Source: Octopus vulgaris
Taxonomy: Eukaryota
DNA length: 64,000 bases
Reading direction: 5' to 3'
Assembly (NCBI GenBank): GCA_951406725.2
Contig: OX597816.1
Coordinates: 134,478,001-134,542,000 of the forward strand
Positions 37,624 to 51,644 of this stretch are shown one piece after another. Under the pieces are notes generated by a model that worked only from the letters and a program-made list of their open reading frames with translations, made no database searches and had not been told where the DNA came from. The translations under genes were made by a program, and so were the position numbers. Every line of letters starts with the position of its first letter. Within the stretch, counting starts at the first letter, position 1.

Positions 37624-40600
37624 CTTAAAGAGAAAAGAGCATTCAATTTTAAGAACATGAAACATTGACAGTTAATTTTCAATTGTTTTAAAGAAATTTT
37701 TAATAAGGTTTATTAATTACTTTTTCCTAAAGCTTTATGCCTTTCATTCAGTACATCACCCTTAACTTATCTAAATTCATGCCATTGACCAACTGTTTTC
37801 CCTTTAGACCCTTTTTTTTTTCATTTTCATTTAGTTTATCATCTTTTGCAAACGTTAGTAGCTAATCTAAATAAAATGTTAGAAAAGGAATTTTAAAATT
37901 AGATTTCCTCCTTAATACTGTTAAGTAAGCAGCACCATAACAACACAATTACAAGCCATCATGTCTTTTAAGAACAAACATATTGTGAGATGAACTTGAC
38001 AGCTTTATCTGCTAACAGCCATACTCATTATATATCTCCAAAAACAAAACAATTTACATTACTGTATCCTCACTATTCAAGAACAAATACATCAGATTTC
38101 CTATAAATTATTTGGCTTAACATTTCTCATAAGCCTTTTATAGATGCAAAAATTTCAAAAATAAAACAAAGAATCTGTGAAAAGTTACAAAGGTTGAGAT
38201 CACTATTCAATGCCAGATGATACTTAGTCCTGAACATCTGCAAACCCTACACAAAGCACAATCGCTTATTTATCACTATAGAGAACTGCCTAAATTCATA
38301 TTCTAAATTGTATTAGAACAAAAAAAAACTCTTCAACAATACTGAAGATTTCAATCACCAACTCTTTACAACTGCTGGTATATTAAGCTGTATCCTCTTG
38401 TCACACAACTGAAGGACCCCTTTGGTCATGAATGACCATGGGATTGCACCTAGGAAGTTCCCCTCCAAGACACAAGTCTGGGCAAGGTTGTTTATGAAAG
38501 ACCAGCAGTTACCCATGCATATCAGTCTCCCCTCTCCACACCACTTATGTTCTCCAAGGGAAGGGCAAAGGCCGACACAGCTTGGCACCAGTGATGTTGC
38601 AACTCATTTCTACAGCTAACGTGAAATAAAGTATTTTGCTCAAGAACACAACACGGTCTGGGAATTGAACTCACTACTTCATGATTGTTAGCCTGACACT
38701 AACTACTGAGCCATACACCTTCAGTGTCACACAACTAAGACTACTATAATGGTCTCTGCTCCTCTAAATTTCCTGAATGTATGCTACTTTTGCTTGAATC
38801 ACTTCATACATTTGTTTTCTTCTTCCCAAAACCAACAAATGAACATTAGAGTCTCTATACAATCTATTTCCTCTAGAATTACAAGCTTCTTGAATTTGTT
38901 TTACCTTGTATTACCTTCAATCTGCAACAACTAAAAATGAACATCAACTGTAGAACTTTCTCCAATTCCAAAAGAGTCTCAAAAGTCTATAAGCACTGCC
39001 TACAGTCTCAAAGAAATACAATATTTAAGATTAATTTCAACTATTTAGTAATTCTTACTCATAAGTATCGACTAAAGCTGAACCAGTCACAGCAATTAAT
39101 AAGAGAGAAAAGGAAGGAAGCAGTAAGTAAGTTGAAACAAAAACGTTACCATTTGGAACTACTTTGAAAATAGTCAAGAGGAAAAACCCAATAGAAGACA
39201 AAACATTACGTACATACTTAGATCTTATATCAAGAATTTTTCATACTGATTTAGTTGTAACTCTGCTTCACCTATAACAACCATTATTACTTTCTCTTCT
39301 GTTACATATTGGACATATCAACATTTCTGTCTCAATCCAGCTCTTCCCCACCCTGTTTCTCTGGATTTATTCAATCTATGACATCTGTGCATGCCTTAAC
39401 TACAGATGGTAGCAGTAGTTTGCTTACTGAACTGGTTGTTCCTGGCTGTTGACAATCTGTCGCCTGCTCATCCACATAGTATCTAGTGATATTTGCCATT
39501 GATTCAATAAGTTCAGTTGCCATAATAGTTCACATCCACCATTCTGCAGCCTATAATTTCAATGTACACTGGCTCAAGTGGTTACAGGCTATTTAATCCA
39601 CAGCTGGGATCCTGACAGGTGCTACTACTCAGGGGCAGAGTAGACCTGGGAACAATAATGACAAAAAGGTGGTTCCACACTCCTCAAAAGCCTGGAATTC
39701 CTAAACCAGATCCCCGCTACTGGATGCAGTTTAAAGTCATACTAGGATACTGCTGAAATACACTGCCTCTGTTTCACTTGATTTTTAAAACAATGAAGAT
39801 TTAGAAAAATAACCTTATCATTATTAAGCTGGTGTTTGGAACACAAATTGACATCAAGTTTTGATAGGTTTTAAATCTGATTACTTGAAAATAGAAACTT
39901 TGTAGCATTTAATGAGAGGCAGTCTTAGGGAGGTTGGTAACAAAATGGTTAAAAATATGTCTAATTTTATCCAATATTTCTCTCAACATGAACCCTACAA
40001 TTAAAAGGTAACCAAAGCATTTGAAAGAACTTCATTCTCAAACAAACCAGCACGGAAGATCATGCATAGTTATTCAACATAGCAGAAATAGCAACCAAAT
40101 TTCCTTGAGTCATACCTATCTTTAAAAAACAGTTATATTGAATAAGATAATCCTTGACAGTTTGCTGAGAAAAAAATGGTTGAAAATGGAATGTCTTTCA
40201 TCATATGTTTGCCTCAAAAGGGCTGACCCAAGGCTTAATTACAACCAAAGTTTCAGATTTTTATCAAATAAGCACTTGCTATTTTATATTAAAATGAAGT
40301 GTTCCTATGTTCAGATTAATGAAATACAACTATGAAGTAATGTAAGACAATTCTTATTCAGAAGGATTAAGCAAAAGGGACAAAAAACCTGAAATACAAC
40401 TTTCTAATAAGCTTACAGTATTATCAGAATATCAACCTTGCCACGAAAATAAACCCTTTCAATATTTACATCTAGGCTGTTTCAACATTTAACCATCTTA
40501 TCCTTTTATTAAAACAATAAGGTGTAATTTGGGGGAATTTTAGCTACTATTTCTAGAAAATCAAACAACTATGCAGGAGCTCATTTATTGGCTAATATTA

Positions 40601-40799
40601 GCAGCTGTTATCGAGAATATTGTGTAAATAATAGGCAGAAGCATGGCTATGTGGTTGAGAACTTTGATTCACAACCAAATAATTTCAGAATCAGTCCAAT
40701 AGTGTGACAACTTGGGCAAGTGTCTTCTATGGTCCCAGGTTGAGCAAAGCCTTGTGAAAGGATCTAGTAGAAAGATTGTCATATATATATATATATATC

Positions 40800-41224
40800 A
40801 AAATCACAATCAGAATCTCAATCAAATCAAAATGGAAATTGTAGTTGTGGCCGATGCTAGCACTGCCTGACTGGCTCCCATGCTGGTGGCACACAATAAG
40901 CACTATTCATATGTGGGCCAATGCCATCTGACTGGCTCCCAATGCCAATGGCAAGTGAAAAGCACCATCTGAACATGGTCAATGCCAGCCCCCGCTGCCC
41001 TGACTGGCTCCTGTGCCGGTGGCACATAAAAAGCACTATCTGAACATGGCTGATGCCAGTGCCGCTTGACTGACTCCCATGCTGGTGGCACATAAAAAAA
41101 GCACCAGCTGTAGAAACCTTGCCAGATCAGATTGGAGCCTGGTGCAGCCTCTTGGCTTGCCAGTCCCCAGTCAAACCATCTAACCCATGCCAGCATGGAA
41201 AATGGACGTTAAGTGATGATGATG
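40800..41224 (+). mobile_element. RTE LINE 3' UTR fragment
   Basis: Homologous to 5360-5840, including the ~60-bp repeats and (GAT)n tail. Confidence 0.85.
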
Positions 41225-41621
41225 ACACACACACACATACATTATATATACATATGTTTTTATGTGTATACATGTCTGTGTTTGTTTACATCAGTGGTCA
41301 CTTGTACAAGAGTTACAGTAGGTAGTGTTGTTCCTGTCAACAAATATCCAGTTTGCAATATCTTCAAGGTCATGTGGAATAAGAGATCTCTTACTTTAAA
41401 AACATAAGAGTTAGCATCAGGGAAGGCAGTGAGTTGTAATACAATGCCTCAGATAACATATTCATACAGCTCATGCAAGCATGAAAAAAAAACAGAAGTT
41501 GAATAAATGAATGAACAATATAACTAAAGAAATGTTATTTCTTTGGTCAGATGTCTGTTATGAGGTCAAGAAGTGATAAACAAAGCAGACATACAAAGAT
41601 CAATATTAAAAAAATATTGTT

Positions 41622-41880
41622 CAGTTATGCTAATAGTTTATGTTTTGTTTACACAGCATCCATTATTCACTCTGGGATATTATTAAAAAATGAACCATGA
41701 ACTAGTTTAATGGCAAAGAAGAGAGTGACTTCCAGTTAGCAAGAGACTTCACTGCTTCTGGTAAGCAAGAGCAGCGGAAGAAGGTAGATCACAACTGTCT
41801 CGTAATACATAACATTTTTCTGACTCATTGCTGTTTCCAGAAATTATCCTTTCAGGTGATTAGTGTTGTTCTGTAACATA
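41622..41880. repeat. ~260-bp unclassified repeat, copy 1 (copy 2 at 43532-43787)
   Basis: Colinear similarity from cagttatgctaatagttta to gttctgtaacata. Confidence 0.85.
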
Positions 41881-43531
41881 TGAAACAATAATAACCACAC
41901 TGCATCCACTTTCTTTCCTCAATCACTCCTTTGGCTGATGCCAAGAGCAGCTGGCATAAACTAGCAAATCTCTGATAAATTAGCTAACTTGAAAATTAGA
42001 TGAACTGGTAAATATGTGTTGTATGGTAAAAAGATGTTGTATTATCTTGATTTGGTAGAGATAAGATGATGGTGGTTGGGTAAATGCTGGATTGATGAGA
42101 AAAGGTTTGAGGATGTTTGGAATGTCAATCAGATGGTAAGCATGGATATTAATCAATGTAGACAGTTTGGAATAGCAAATAATTCTAACATCAGAATGAG
42201 GCTTTGATGTCAACAACAATTTCAGACTGGCGAGGTAAGGTAAATGCCCTCAGTGCAGAAAAATAGCCATTGGTTGGTTGGAGAAGTTTGAAGAGTAGAA
42301 GAAACCACAGATAAACTTAAAGAAATAAGGAGGAAAGACTTTAAGCTAGACTAAAGAAAGTCTTTGATATTCAAATCCAAGAGAAAGGAGTGAATGATGG
42401 GTAGAGTGGATTCAACACATGCATATATGAAACTCTGTGTGGTCTTGCAGTGATGGATTAGAAATAATGAATGACAAATCTTTGTGGGTTACTTTTAATA
42501 TTCTCACAGAGAAGTGGAACTGATGCTGATGATGTTATAATTTTAATAGTGTATAAGTGTTGTATCATGCAAAATATGCTTCGGACCACATTATGCTAAT
42601 TTTTCATAGCTCTAGTTCAGATAACATCTCTTATATGTATTTCTATCCCACATGTGTCACTGTCGATGTATGAGTAAGTGAAGGCATTTTACTGAAGATA
42701 CTCTACTACACACAACCATGAAGAATTGAAGAATTTTGTAACTATACAAAGAAGTAGACTACTTAAAGGCTTTCCTATCAAGATAGAGCTTGATATTTGA
42801 TTTTGGCTGCACTGGTCTAGCCTAGCATATACCTGCACTAGTCACCTTGAGAATACTGTAGTTGTGTGGGTTTCAAAAGATCAAGCCATAAAAACAATTA
42901 GTTTTGTTGGCCTGAAGAGGGAAGATATGCCCATAGCAGTTTTTATTATCATTACTATTAAATTTTAGCACTCTACCACCCCATGTATATTCTGGACCCT
43001 GTACCTTGAAAGTATGCCCTGGCACTTCACCACCATGTCTCCCACCCCCTCACTGTCTTTCACTCTCTCCATCTGACTGGGTAACCATGCATCTCCTCTA
43101 CAACAACACACCTGTTTGTTCTCATCCTTGTTCGCTCTCTCTCCCTCTGACTGGGCAACCATGTAGCTCTTCTACACCAAGACACCTATTTGACACTCTA
43201 ACCTCTCATCACCTGGCATAAGGCCACCTCCTACTATGGCCCCCTCTCAAAGGATCTTTGTCTTGCAAGTTACTTGGTGACCCAGCCAGTGCTAATGCAT
43301 CCAGTTCACACTTTAGATAGGTTAGGGCATCCGCTAAAAAGACCATGCCAGTGCTGGTGCTATGTAAAAAGTACTCCATTCACTCTGTATGGTGGTTGGT
43401 GTTGAGAAGGGCATCCAGCCATAAAAACCCTACCAAAACAGACAGTGAAGCCTAGTGTAGTCTTCTGTATAGCCAGCCCTTATCAAACCGGCCGGCATGA
43501 AAAATGATGTATGATGATTGACTAAGAAGAC

Positions 43532-43787
43532 CAGTTATGCTAATAGTTTATAGGTTTCGTTACATAGCACCCATTATTCACTCTGAAATATTATTCAAAA
43601 ATGAACCATGAACTGGTAAATGATGAAGAGGAGAGTGACTTCCAGTTAGCAAGATACTTCATTACTGTTGCAGAGCATGAGCAGAGGAAGAAGGTTGATC
43701 ATTGTCTCATGACACAAAACATTTTTCTGACTCCTTGTTGTTTCCAGGAATTATCATCTCAGGTGATTAGTTTTGTTCTGTAACATA
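43532..43787. repeat. ~260-bp unclassified repeat, copy 2
   Basis: Diverged direct copy of 41622-41880. Confidence 0.85.
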
Positions 43788-45042
43788 GTAATCCTAGTTA
43801 ATGTTTATTCTTATCCCTATCAAGTTAGTGTTGACAGAGATACATGTCTGTGCAAATGATGCTTTGTTTTAAGAGACTCAGTTGTATTGAGATAATGAAT
43901 AATTGTTCTGAAATGAATATCTGAACCAAGAACAGACCATGAAATGAGATATTTTATCAGCTTATATATATATAAGAAATGGTAATTATAGAAAGTGACA
44001 TTACTTATGAAAAAGTTTACACCCAACACACATAACTAAATAATTTTGAAGCAAAAAAAAAACCCCTGAAAAACCATAGTATTAGACTGAATGAATAATA
44101 GTACACACTAATCACACAAATAGCTCTCAATCTATACTATATTCCTAATAAATCACGAAACCGAGACAATGTATGGAATTACATCTAGACATTTTTTTTT
44201 TTTACTTTTTAACGCAAAAGATAACTGAAATAATTAAATTACTTAAACATCTATTCGCAAAACATTTGTACAGAGTCAATAAGCAAAATAATGACAATAC
44301 TATGAATGTCTCAGTAGAGAGAAAAAAAAAGAAATTGATCGACAACAATTACGTAAATCTATTATTTTTATTACCTAAAAATAAAATAAAAGATTGTTAT
44401 CCTTTTTAAAAAAGACGGGAAACAAGGGACGTAACTCGAAGGATGTAAATCGTTTAGGCTAAATTTAGTTACATATCGTAATATTAAATCAGACGACTTG
44501 AATTTCAGATATTTAACGGTCAGATAAAAACTGGGGTGAAGTTAATAAATATATTTATCTAAATTAAAATATCATTTTGAATATAAAAATAAATGAAAGG
44601 GTTTATTCTATTTACCACAAACTATACATTTTATGTTTATAGGCACACATGGCAATGCATACATAACAAGCGATGGTATATAACTATAGGAGGAATTTAT
44701 AAATATTTTCTTTTGAATGACAAGAAGCTATACAGAATATTGCATAAGCCCAAGATAACATGAAATAGTTATTATTAAACAATAAAAAAATAAGAGCAAA
44801 ATCGCTTCATCAGTAAAGTAGACAGATAAGCGGGTAATATCTTTTCAATGTTTTTAATTTTTTTTTTTATCCCTTAATTATACAAGTGATAACAAAGGGG
44901 TTACAACTACATTATATTTACAAGAGAGAACAAAATAAAAACAAAGACATAGTTTAATAAAAAGCATGATAGAAGCAAATATTAAACATATAAAAAAAAA
45001 CTAATGATATTTGAATGCCAGATCGATCATAATGTTAGTTAC

Positions 45043-45241
45043 CTTGCATTGGTTTGCCTTCTTGCGCGCGTACTCTTGTCCAATGTTCAGAAATATTCAT
45101 GATAACTAACGGATGTAAAGATACAGAAACACTTCCAGCTGTGCCAGCAGGAGCAATGACATCACATTCGTCACCATTCTCAACCTCCACACCGGTACCA
45201 TTACTGGTGGACGGTTTGTCCACTTCCATTAAGCACGCCAT
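45043..45241 (-). CDS. COPS6: COPS6 exon 1 (start ATG at 45241)
   Basis: MACLMEVDK...GSVSVSLHPLVIMNISEHWTRVRAQEGKPMQ. ATG in aagATGGCG context; G|GTAAC donor. The ten exons total 969 nt, i.e. 322 aa plus stop. Confidence 0.96.
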
Positions 45242-45585
45242 CTTGTCATACACACGACAAAGTCGTGCACATAATGTTACCTAAAATTCGATTGAGATAT
45301 TTAGTTTCGTATTTAAATATAAAGTCAGATATATAAATTTATGGTTAACTAAGTAATACCAAATTACAATTCAATTTAAGAAAAAATATTTTAAAATTAT
45401 TGTTATAAAATATATATTCTATATGCTGACATTTATAGTTTCATCTATTTTGAGATTTATTTCCTTTCAATCTAAAAATCCAAATAAATAAATAAACAAA
45501 TAAATAAATAATTTTACAATGTAAACAACATACAGTTCCCGCTGGTCATAACAAAGCTTCTAAAAGGGATTTAGAAAATTCGAAA

Positions 45586-45657
45586 GGTTGCCTTGATATA
45601 ATGTTAGCACATCTGACATGCTCACAGAAGACGTAGGTTCAAGTCCTATCGACAGCT
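45586..45657 (+). pseudogene. tRNA-like sequence (tRNA pseudogene or isolated SINE head)
   Basis: T arm GTAGG-TTCAAGT-CCTAT with B box GGTTCAAGTCC; TCTG/CAGA anticodon-like stem; imperfect acceptor stem; weak D arm; TTTT about 10 nt downstream. Confidence 0.5.
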
Positions 45658-48600
45658 GCTGATTTATTTTCAATCCAACAGTCTACTTGCTATTATTTAT
45701 AATTATATCTATTTCTAGTTCCACCGTAATAATGTTGACACAGTATTCGGTGCTTTAATACAGTATCCATGTTAAGTTAGATATAATGATTATCTTTCGG
45801 TATTAACACTGCTTCCTTTGGACATAATTAATTTTTGATAAGCCTGCTAGCTACTTGTGACATCAGCGTCTGAAAAAATTCTGATATTGTAACATCAAGC
45901 TCTTACTAAGAAGAGCCAATAACCAAAATCACGTGCTAAAGAGAATTTCAGCGCCCATGACAGATGAATTTCGTCTGCTATGGTCTTATATGTGATTTTA
46001 AGTACTAAGCACCCGTGAGAGGATCTCTCTCAAGGCTAATAGGGCAGTGTTTGGTGTTCTAACACAGTGTCCATGATAAGATGCATATAACCATTATCTT
46101 TCAGTATTGATTCTGCTTCTGTCGCTAATAATTTCTACATTATATATATACATATAAAAAGTTCATGTATTCTATGGACTTCCGGTAACTCATGCGTAAT
46201 GATATACAGTGACCGGCCGGAGTTAGTTGAACCATACCTACACATGTGTGCCCCATTGACTTTGTTTCCTCATAACTTTCAGAATGTTTGCTAATGAAAT
46301 TTTCTACAAGTATGCTTCAGATTGTGTAGATTCCAGTTATATCAGAATTTTTGAAATAAATTTTTCAAAAAAAAAATGTATTGTGTATCAGTGTGTATGT
46401 CTGCTATCCCACCAATTTTTATTTTCATACTAGCTTAAGGTGACCCACTCTATGTGCGGGTAAGGGTATGGTTGTTACTTTCTGTTGCTTCCTTTTTGTT
46501 TCTTATCACCACATTACAAGTTCAAGGCAAAAAACATGAATTCTAAATGTTCACTTGAATGAAAGAAGATATTCTGACGTCAGGCCATGAATGTTTTTAG
46601 TTGAGAATGCAAGCGAAAACTGCCATTCTGTAGTTCGGGTGAGGCATCTACAATGATAAAGCTTGTGGCTGCCAAAATCTTTTTTCCATCAGGGTCACCA
46701 TTTTATAATGGAAATTGAAGGCTTGTGATACCTGTGGAGTATCTCCTTCTCCCATTACAATTGTTTCTGTAATCTTAAGGATGTGGAACTCGAAGAAGAA
46801 GCTTACAAATGGACATGGTAATGGCTACTGGCAAGATCTCTTACAAAATGGCGCTGGCTTCTTGTGCCTCACTACACGTGCATGCATGCATGTATGTATG
46901 TACACACACATGTATCTGTGAGTGTATGTATGAATGTATGTGTTTTTTCACTAACAAGAAAAGTATGTTTTAGTTCTTGTAAACTTGTTTAACCTGAGGA
47001 AGAGAGCAGTGCCCATAGCTTTCTAGAGTCACTTATGCTGATGAAGTTGGCACAGCTGTGATTCAGTTTAAATAACTTCAAGTTGACAGCAATAGACAAA
47101 ATGTGGACAGAGCAAGTTCCAGGGCTTTGCAGTATGGAAGATAAAGATTTTGGTAAAGTGTTTGGCTTTTGTGGATAAGACCTAATAGGAATGATGAGAA
47201 GAACAGCAGGAATAATTGTACTATCAGAAGAAAGACAGAGAAAAGATATAGTGTGTCAGCTGCAAGAAGGTGAAATGTATTAGCATGTAAAAGTTTGAGT
47301 TTGATTCCCAGACTGGACTGTGTTGTGTTCTAGAGCAAGACGCTTTATTTCACATTGCTCCAGTTCTCTCAGCTGAAGAAACGAGTTGTGGTGTCAGTGG
47401 TGCCAAGCTGTATTGGCCTTTGCCTTTCCCTTGGGGAACATCAGTGTCATGGAGAGGGAAGGCTGGTATGCATGGGTGACTGCTGGTCTTCCATAAACAA
47501 CCTTGCCTGGACTTTGTCTCAGAGGGTAACTTTCTAGGTGCAATCCCATGGTCATTCATGACCAAAGGGAGTCTTTACCTTTCTAGGGTGCTAACAACCA
47601 GAACCATTTTTTTAGGCTCCCAGGCAAATCAATGCTCTGGGACCTATATTTATGGGTGGCCAGTCACAGTGTACATAGATTATAACTAGCCCCTGTATAC
47701 CTATGCTTTAAGACAACACTGAGTATTTTCTTACACAGAAAATATGTGGCTTAATGGTTAGAGTGTTGGGCTTGCAAACATAAGGTTTGACTCCTGAGAT
47801 ATATAATGCATTGTGTCCTTGAGAAAGGTGTTTATTTTGCACTGTTCCAGTTTATTCAGCTGAAATGAGCACCAGCTGGTACAGCTTCCCTTCTCTATCT
47901 CCAAGTGTTACATTTTGGATTTCCATCTGGGTCAAGAATGGGAGAGCCAAGAAAGTGCCTATGTCAACATATAACCACCTAAAACATTTAGTGGAAACCA
48001 GGGCCATTCTAAGAGAATCATAGGCCCCTGGGCAAAGCAATGCACTGAGGCCCCCTAGAGACATAACAACATAAATAGATTAGCATTGGACCCTTAGACT
48101 CATGGGACTCCTAGACAACTGCCTAGTGTGTTCATGCCATCTTAACTGATCAGGCAAATGATCAGGATTAAAGTATTTTCTGACACTGAAGAAGAATATT
48201 AATCATTGGAGAGCAGTTTTGCCTGTGTAATATATTTGTTGTCATCAAAAAGATCATCAGAGATTGTGGGGACTAGCATTTGTATTAAACTTGAATAGTG
48301 TGGCTGTGTATTATTCACATATGTTGATAATGTATATTGAAAAACCACATCTTTGTTATGCATAGTAACTGTGAGTTTTCTTGTCTCCTATTACAATTCT
48401 GTTCACATCTAGAATGCATTATAGAAATATAAAATGACTTCTGTACTTGACTGATAGTTAATCAATTGTAGAAGGATTTTGAAGTCAGAATATAAAAGGC
48501 TGTAAATAGTTTTATAGGCATTTGTCCAATGTTCAAATGCTTGTGTCTATCCATTGCTCTAAGTTGATGGTGTTGAAAAATTCTATGTTATATCCTTGTC

Positions 48601-50250
48601 ACTGGACCCAATACTCTTCTTAGAACTACTGCACTTTGGAACCTTTTCCTTCCTCACATGTGTGTTCTAAAGATTAATGAGTTAAATATAATACAATCTG
48701 TATAAGTTTGTTTAATTGCAGATAAAAACGCTTATTGATAGAGAATAGAAAGAACAAAATGGGAGTGGGAACATAACTGAGCAGTGTTGATAGAATGTGG
48801 ATTGAAGAGAATCCAGTCAACAAACACTTTGGAGTGGTCTGACAGGAAGCTTCATTTTAAGACTAAAATTGCACTGACATAATGAAATCTTTTTTTATGT
48901 TATGTTTGTTCAAGTGTGTGGTTAAGAAGCTCCCTTTACCACCATGTGATTTCAGGTTCAATTGCATTGTGCAGCATATTGGACAAGTGTCTTCTACTAT
49001 AGTGCCAGTTGCCAACCAATGCTTGTGAATGTACTTGGTTGATAGAAACTGCTTGGGGGCCCATTGTATATATGTGTGGAGGTGAGTTGACTCCCAGGTG
49101 CTATACCGCAGTGAACTAGGGAACAAACAAAACACATACATTAAGCATGTGAGATCAATAATATTTACAACACTAGCAATTCGTAATTGACTTTAATCTT
49201 ATGTATGCATTGCTGTAGTATACCAGCAAATAATTTTTACACTATCTATATGTAGCCATAGACAGACAATACAGTTCATCCCCAGTTTGATTCTGGTATG
49301 TGATGTTGATAAGCCACAAAAATGGTGAAATATTAGTATCCATAACTGTTGGGTTTGATCAGAGGTAAGTTGCCTGGGCTGTCTATGACTTTTAGATGTT
49401 TTAACACTCAGCAAAATGAGTGAATCATTCTCCAGGTGTTATATCGCAGTAAACTGGTGAACAAAGAAAACACATACATTGAGCATGTGTGGTTGGTAAT
49501 ATTTACAAAACTAGCACTGTTTTTAATTCATTATTAAATATATATATATATACATGTGTGTGTGTAAAAGATTATAAAGGCCGTATTTTTCAACTGATTG
49601 CACTGAAATTTTACACATAGGTAAAAGACATCACAGTGGGTGCATCATTTAAATTTCATAACATAATCATTAATTTCAAAGTGAGATTTGCCCTTTTTTA
49701 ATCAAAATCTTGATGGAAAATCCGATTGCAATAGTGCTTATTGGCTATCATTTTGTAAATCATGTACAAACAGTAGCTATGTTCATCCAGTCAGTATCAG
49801 AGCATTAATTGCATTAAGCTTTATAAGCAATTTCATGAAAGGACATATGTGATTGCAGTAAAAATTGATATCATTCTAGAATGAACTGTATTCGAACATG
49901 TGCATCCAGGCATGTCACTCTGTGTTTAATAAATAAGCTGACACAAAAGAGCAAGAAGACAAGACAGTTATTTTGAATAAGTAAAAATGAAATAAGATAT
50001 TAACTTTAACGAATAGATGGCACTAATTGGCAATCAATTAACTGTGTGAATATTTTCTCACAACAAAATTCAGTTGACAGTAGAAAACGACAAATTGATT
50101 GATAATTGAGCATGGAAATTTAGGTGACAAATATCTAAACTTTAGCTAACAGTTTCTTATATAAAACAGAAAATGAATGGTATTTTTTGATTTTTGTGTA
50201 ACTCACTTGATTTGACATGTACATGACCATTCTTTATTCTTTAATTCCAT

Positions 50251-50554
50251 TCCAACCAAAATGCAAATATATGGGAAACTACCACCTGTGTCATCTCTTG
50301 TGAAAGGTAGGAGAGTCCAGTTTGCTGGACATTGTTGTAGAGCTGAAAAAGAAGTAATTTCTACTCTTCTCCTCTGGAAGTCATCTACTCGCCATACCAG
50401 AGGGTGCACACTCTCCTACCCTGATGTAATCTCCAGGGATACAGGCATCCAGCAACAGGACCTCTGTAATGCCATGATGGACCGTGAAGTCTGGCGTAGC
50501 ATGGTAAATTCCATTGTCTCGACCATGGTCGAACAATGATGATGATGATGATGA
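50251..50554 (+). mobile_element. RTE-like LINE 3' end (second family)
   Basis: ORF 50261-50539 RRVQFAGHCCR...AMMDREVWRSMV is a typical RTE ORF C-terminus, followed immediately by (TGA)n. Confidence 0.8.
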
Positions 50555-51324
50555 AGGAATATTAGCATCAACATCTCAAATTTTGAGTTATTTTTTTATC
50601 AGTAAGCATAATTGAATGATATTTTGGCAAATTTTTCTTATCATTTTTATGAATTTCACAGATCAAATTCATTGGTTACATTCTGAAAAAAGCACTATTC
50701 AGTCAGTTCTGGTAGCTTATTCATCCACAAGGTTTGCTACTTAATCAATCAACATTGCATATTGTCAAACCCTATATCCAATTTGAAGTTTTCCAGTTAT
50801 ATAGACTTAAATAACTTTATTTATAAAGAATTTTCATTACTTCCAAATTAATATAAAGTAATTTTAATGCTGACATCCATTTTTCTCAAAGGAAGCCCAG
50901 TTTTGGCTGTCTTTCATTTTCAGAGATGTCCTAGAAACTGCTTCAATTTGCATGTTCTTTTTATTTAAATTTTGCACTTAAGTGTGATATTTCTTAGAAA
51001 TACCCTTTACCTTTTGCTACCTGTCAGTGTACTGGTGTTTGCATCGATCATTTACATTTTATCGCAATTGCACTTTTGGTCAACAGAATATCAATTTTCT
51101 CAAAATACGTTCTGTCCACACGCGCCTATAGATGTGAATGCTCATTCACAACTGTCTGCATTCATGTACCATTTGGTGCTTACAATACCACTGCAAATAA
51201 TTGTGTGCTTTAGCATTGAGGGAATTTTTTGTGTTGAAATACCATATTTAGTGCTTGCAAACAGCAACGAGGTAAATTTTTACTGATTTTTTAAAGATTC
51301 AATCAATTACAGATTTTCGATAGG

Positions 51325-51555
51325 ATGCCTCAAAAAAGTAAGAGTCATATTGGTAGAAAAACAAAAAAATGCTTCTGTTTTGTGTTCCTTGCAGGCAAGC
51401 AAGACAGAAGAACAATGTGTACTTTGGCATGCTCGCAATGCTACTTCTTCTTCAACCACCAGAGCATCACAGACAGCTCAACATGCAGAACTCCAGCTTG
51501 CTTACAATGCTGCTTCTACTGCAGTTGCCAGAGCATCACAGACAGAAGCTTAGAC
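51325..51555 (+). mobile_element. Possible degenerate Helitron Rep/helicase N-terminal coding fragment
   Basis: MPQKSKSHIGRKTKK followed, after a frameshift, by repeated RASQT-like motifs. This resembles recalled N-termini of animal Helitron proteins (MPR..GRRTR...RASETxEQR). No catalytic motif seen. Confidence 0.35.
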
Positions 51556-51606
51556 AGAAGTGGAATTACACTATTTTAGACTCCAGTGGGGGGGGGGGCT
51601 AGTACA

Positions 51607-51644
<38 letters not shown>

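Noticed and set aside
45242-45253. ORF-track start MYDK for COPS6
   Set aside because: It is a GTG codon. The first true ATG, in a strong aagATGG context, is at 45241.
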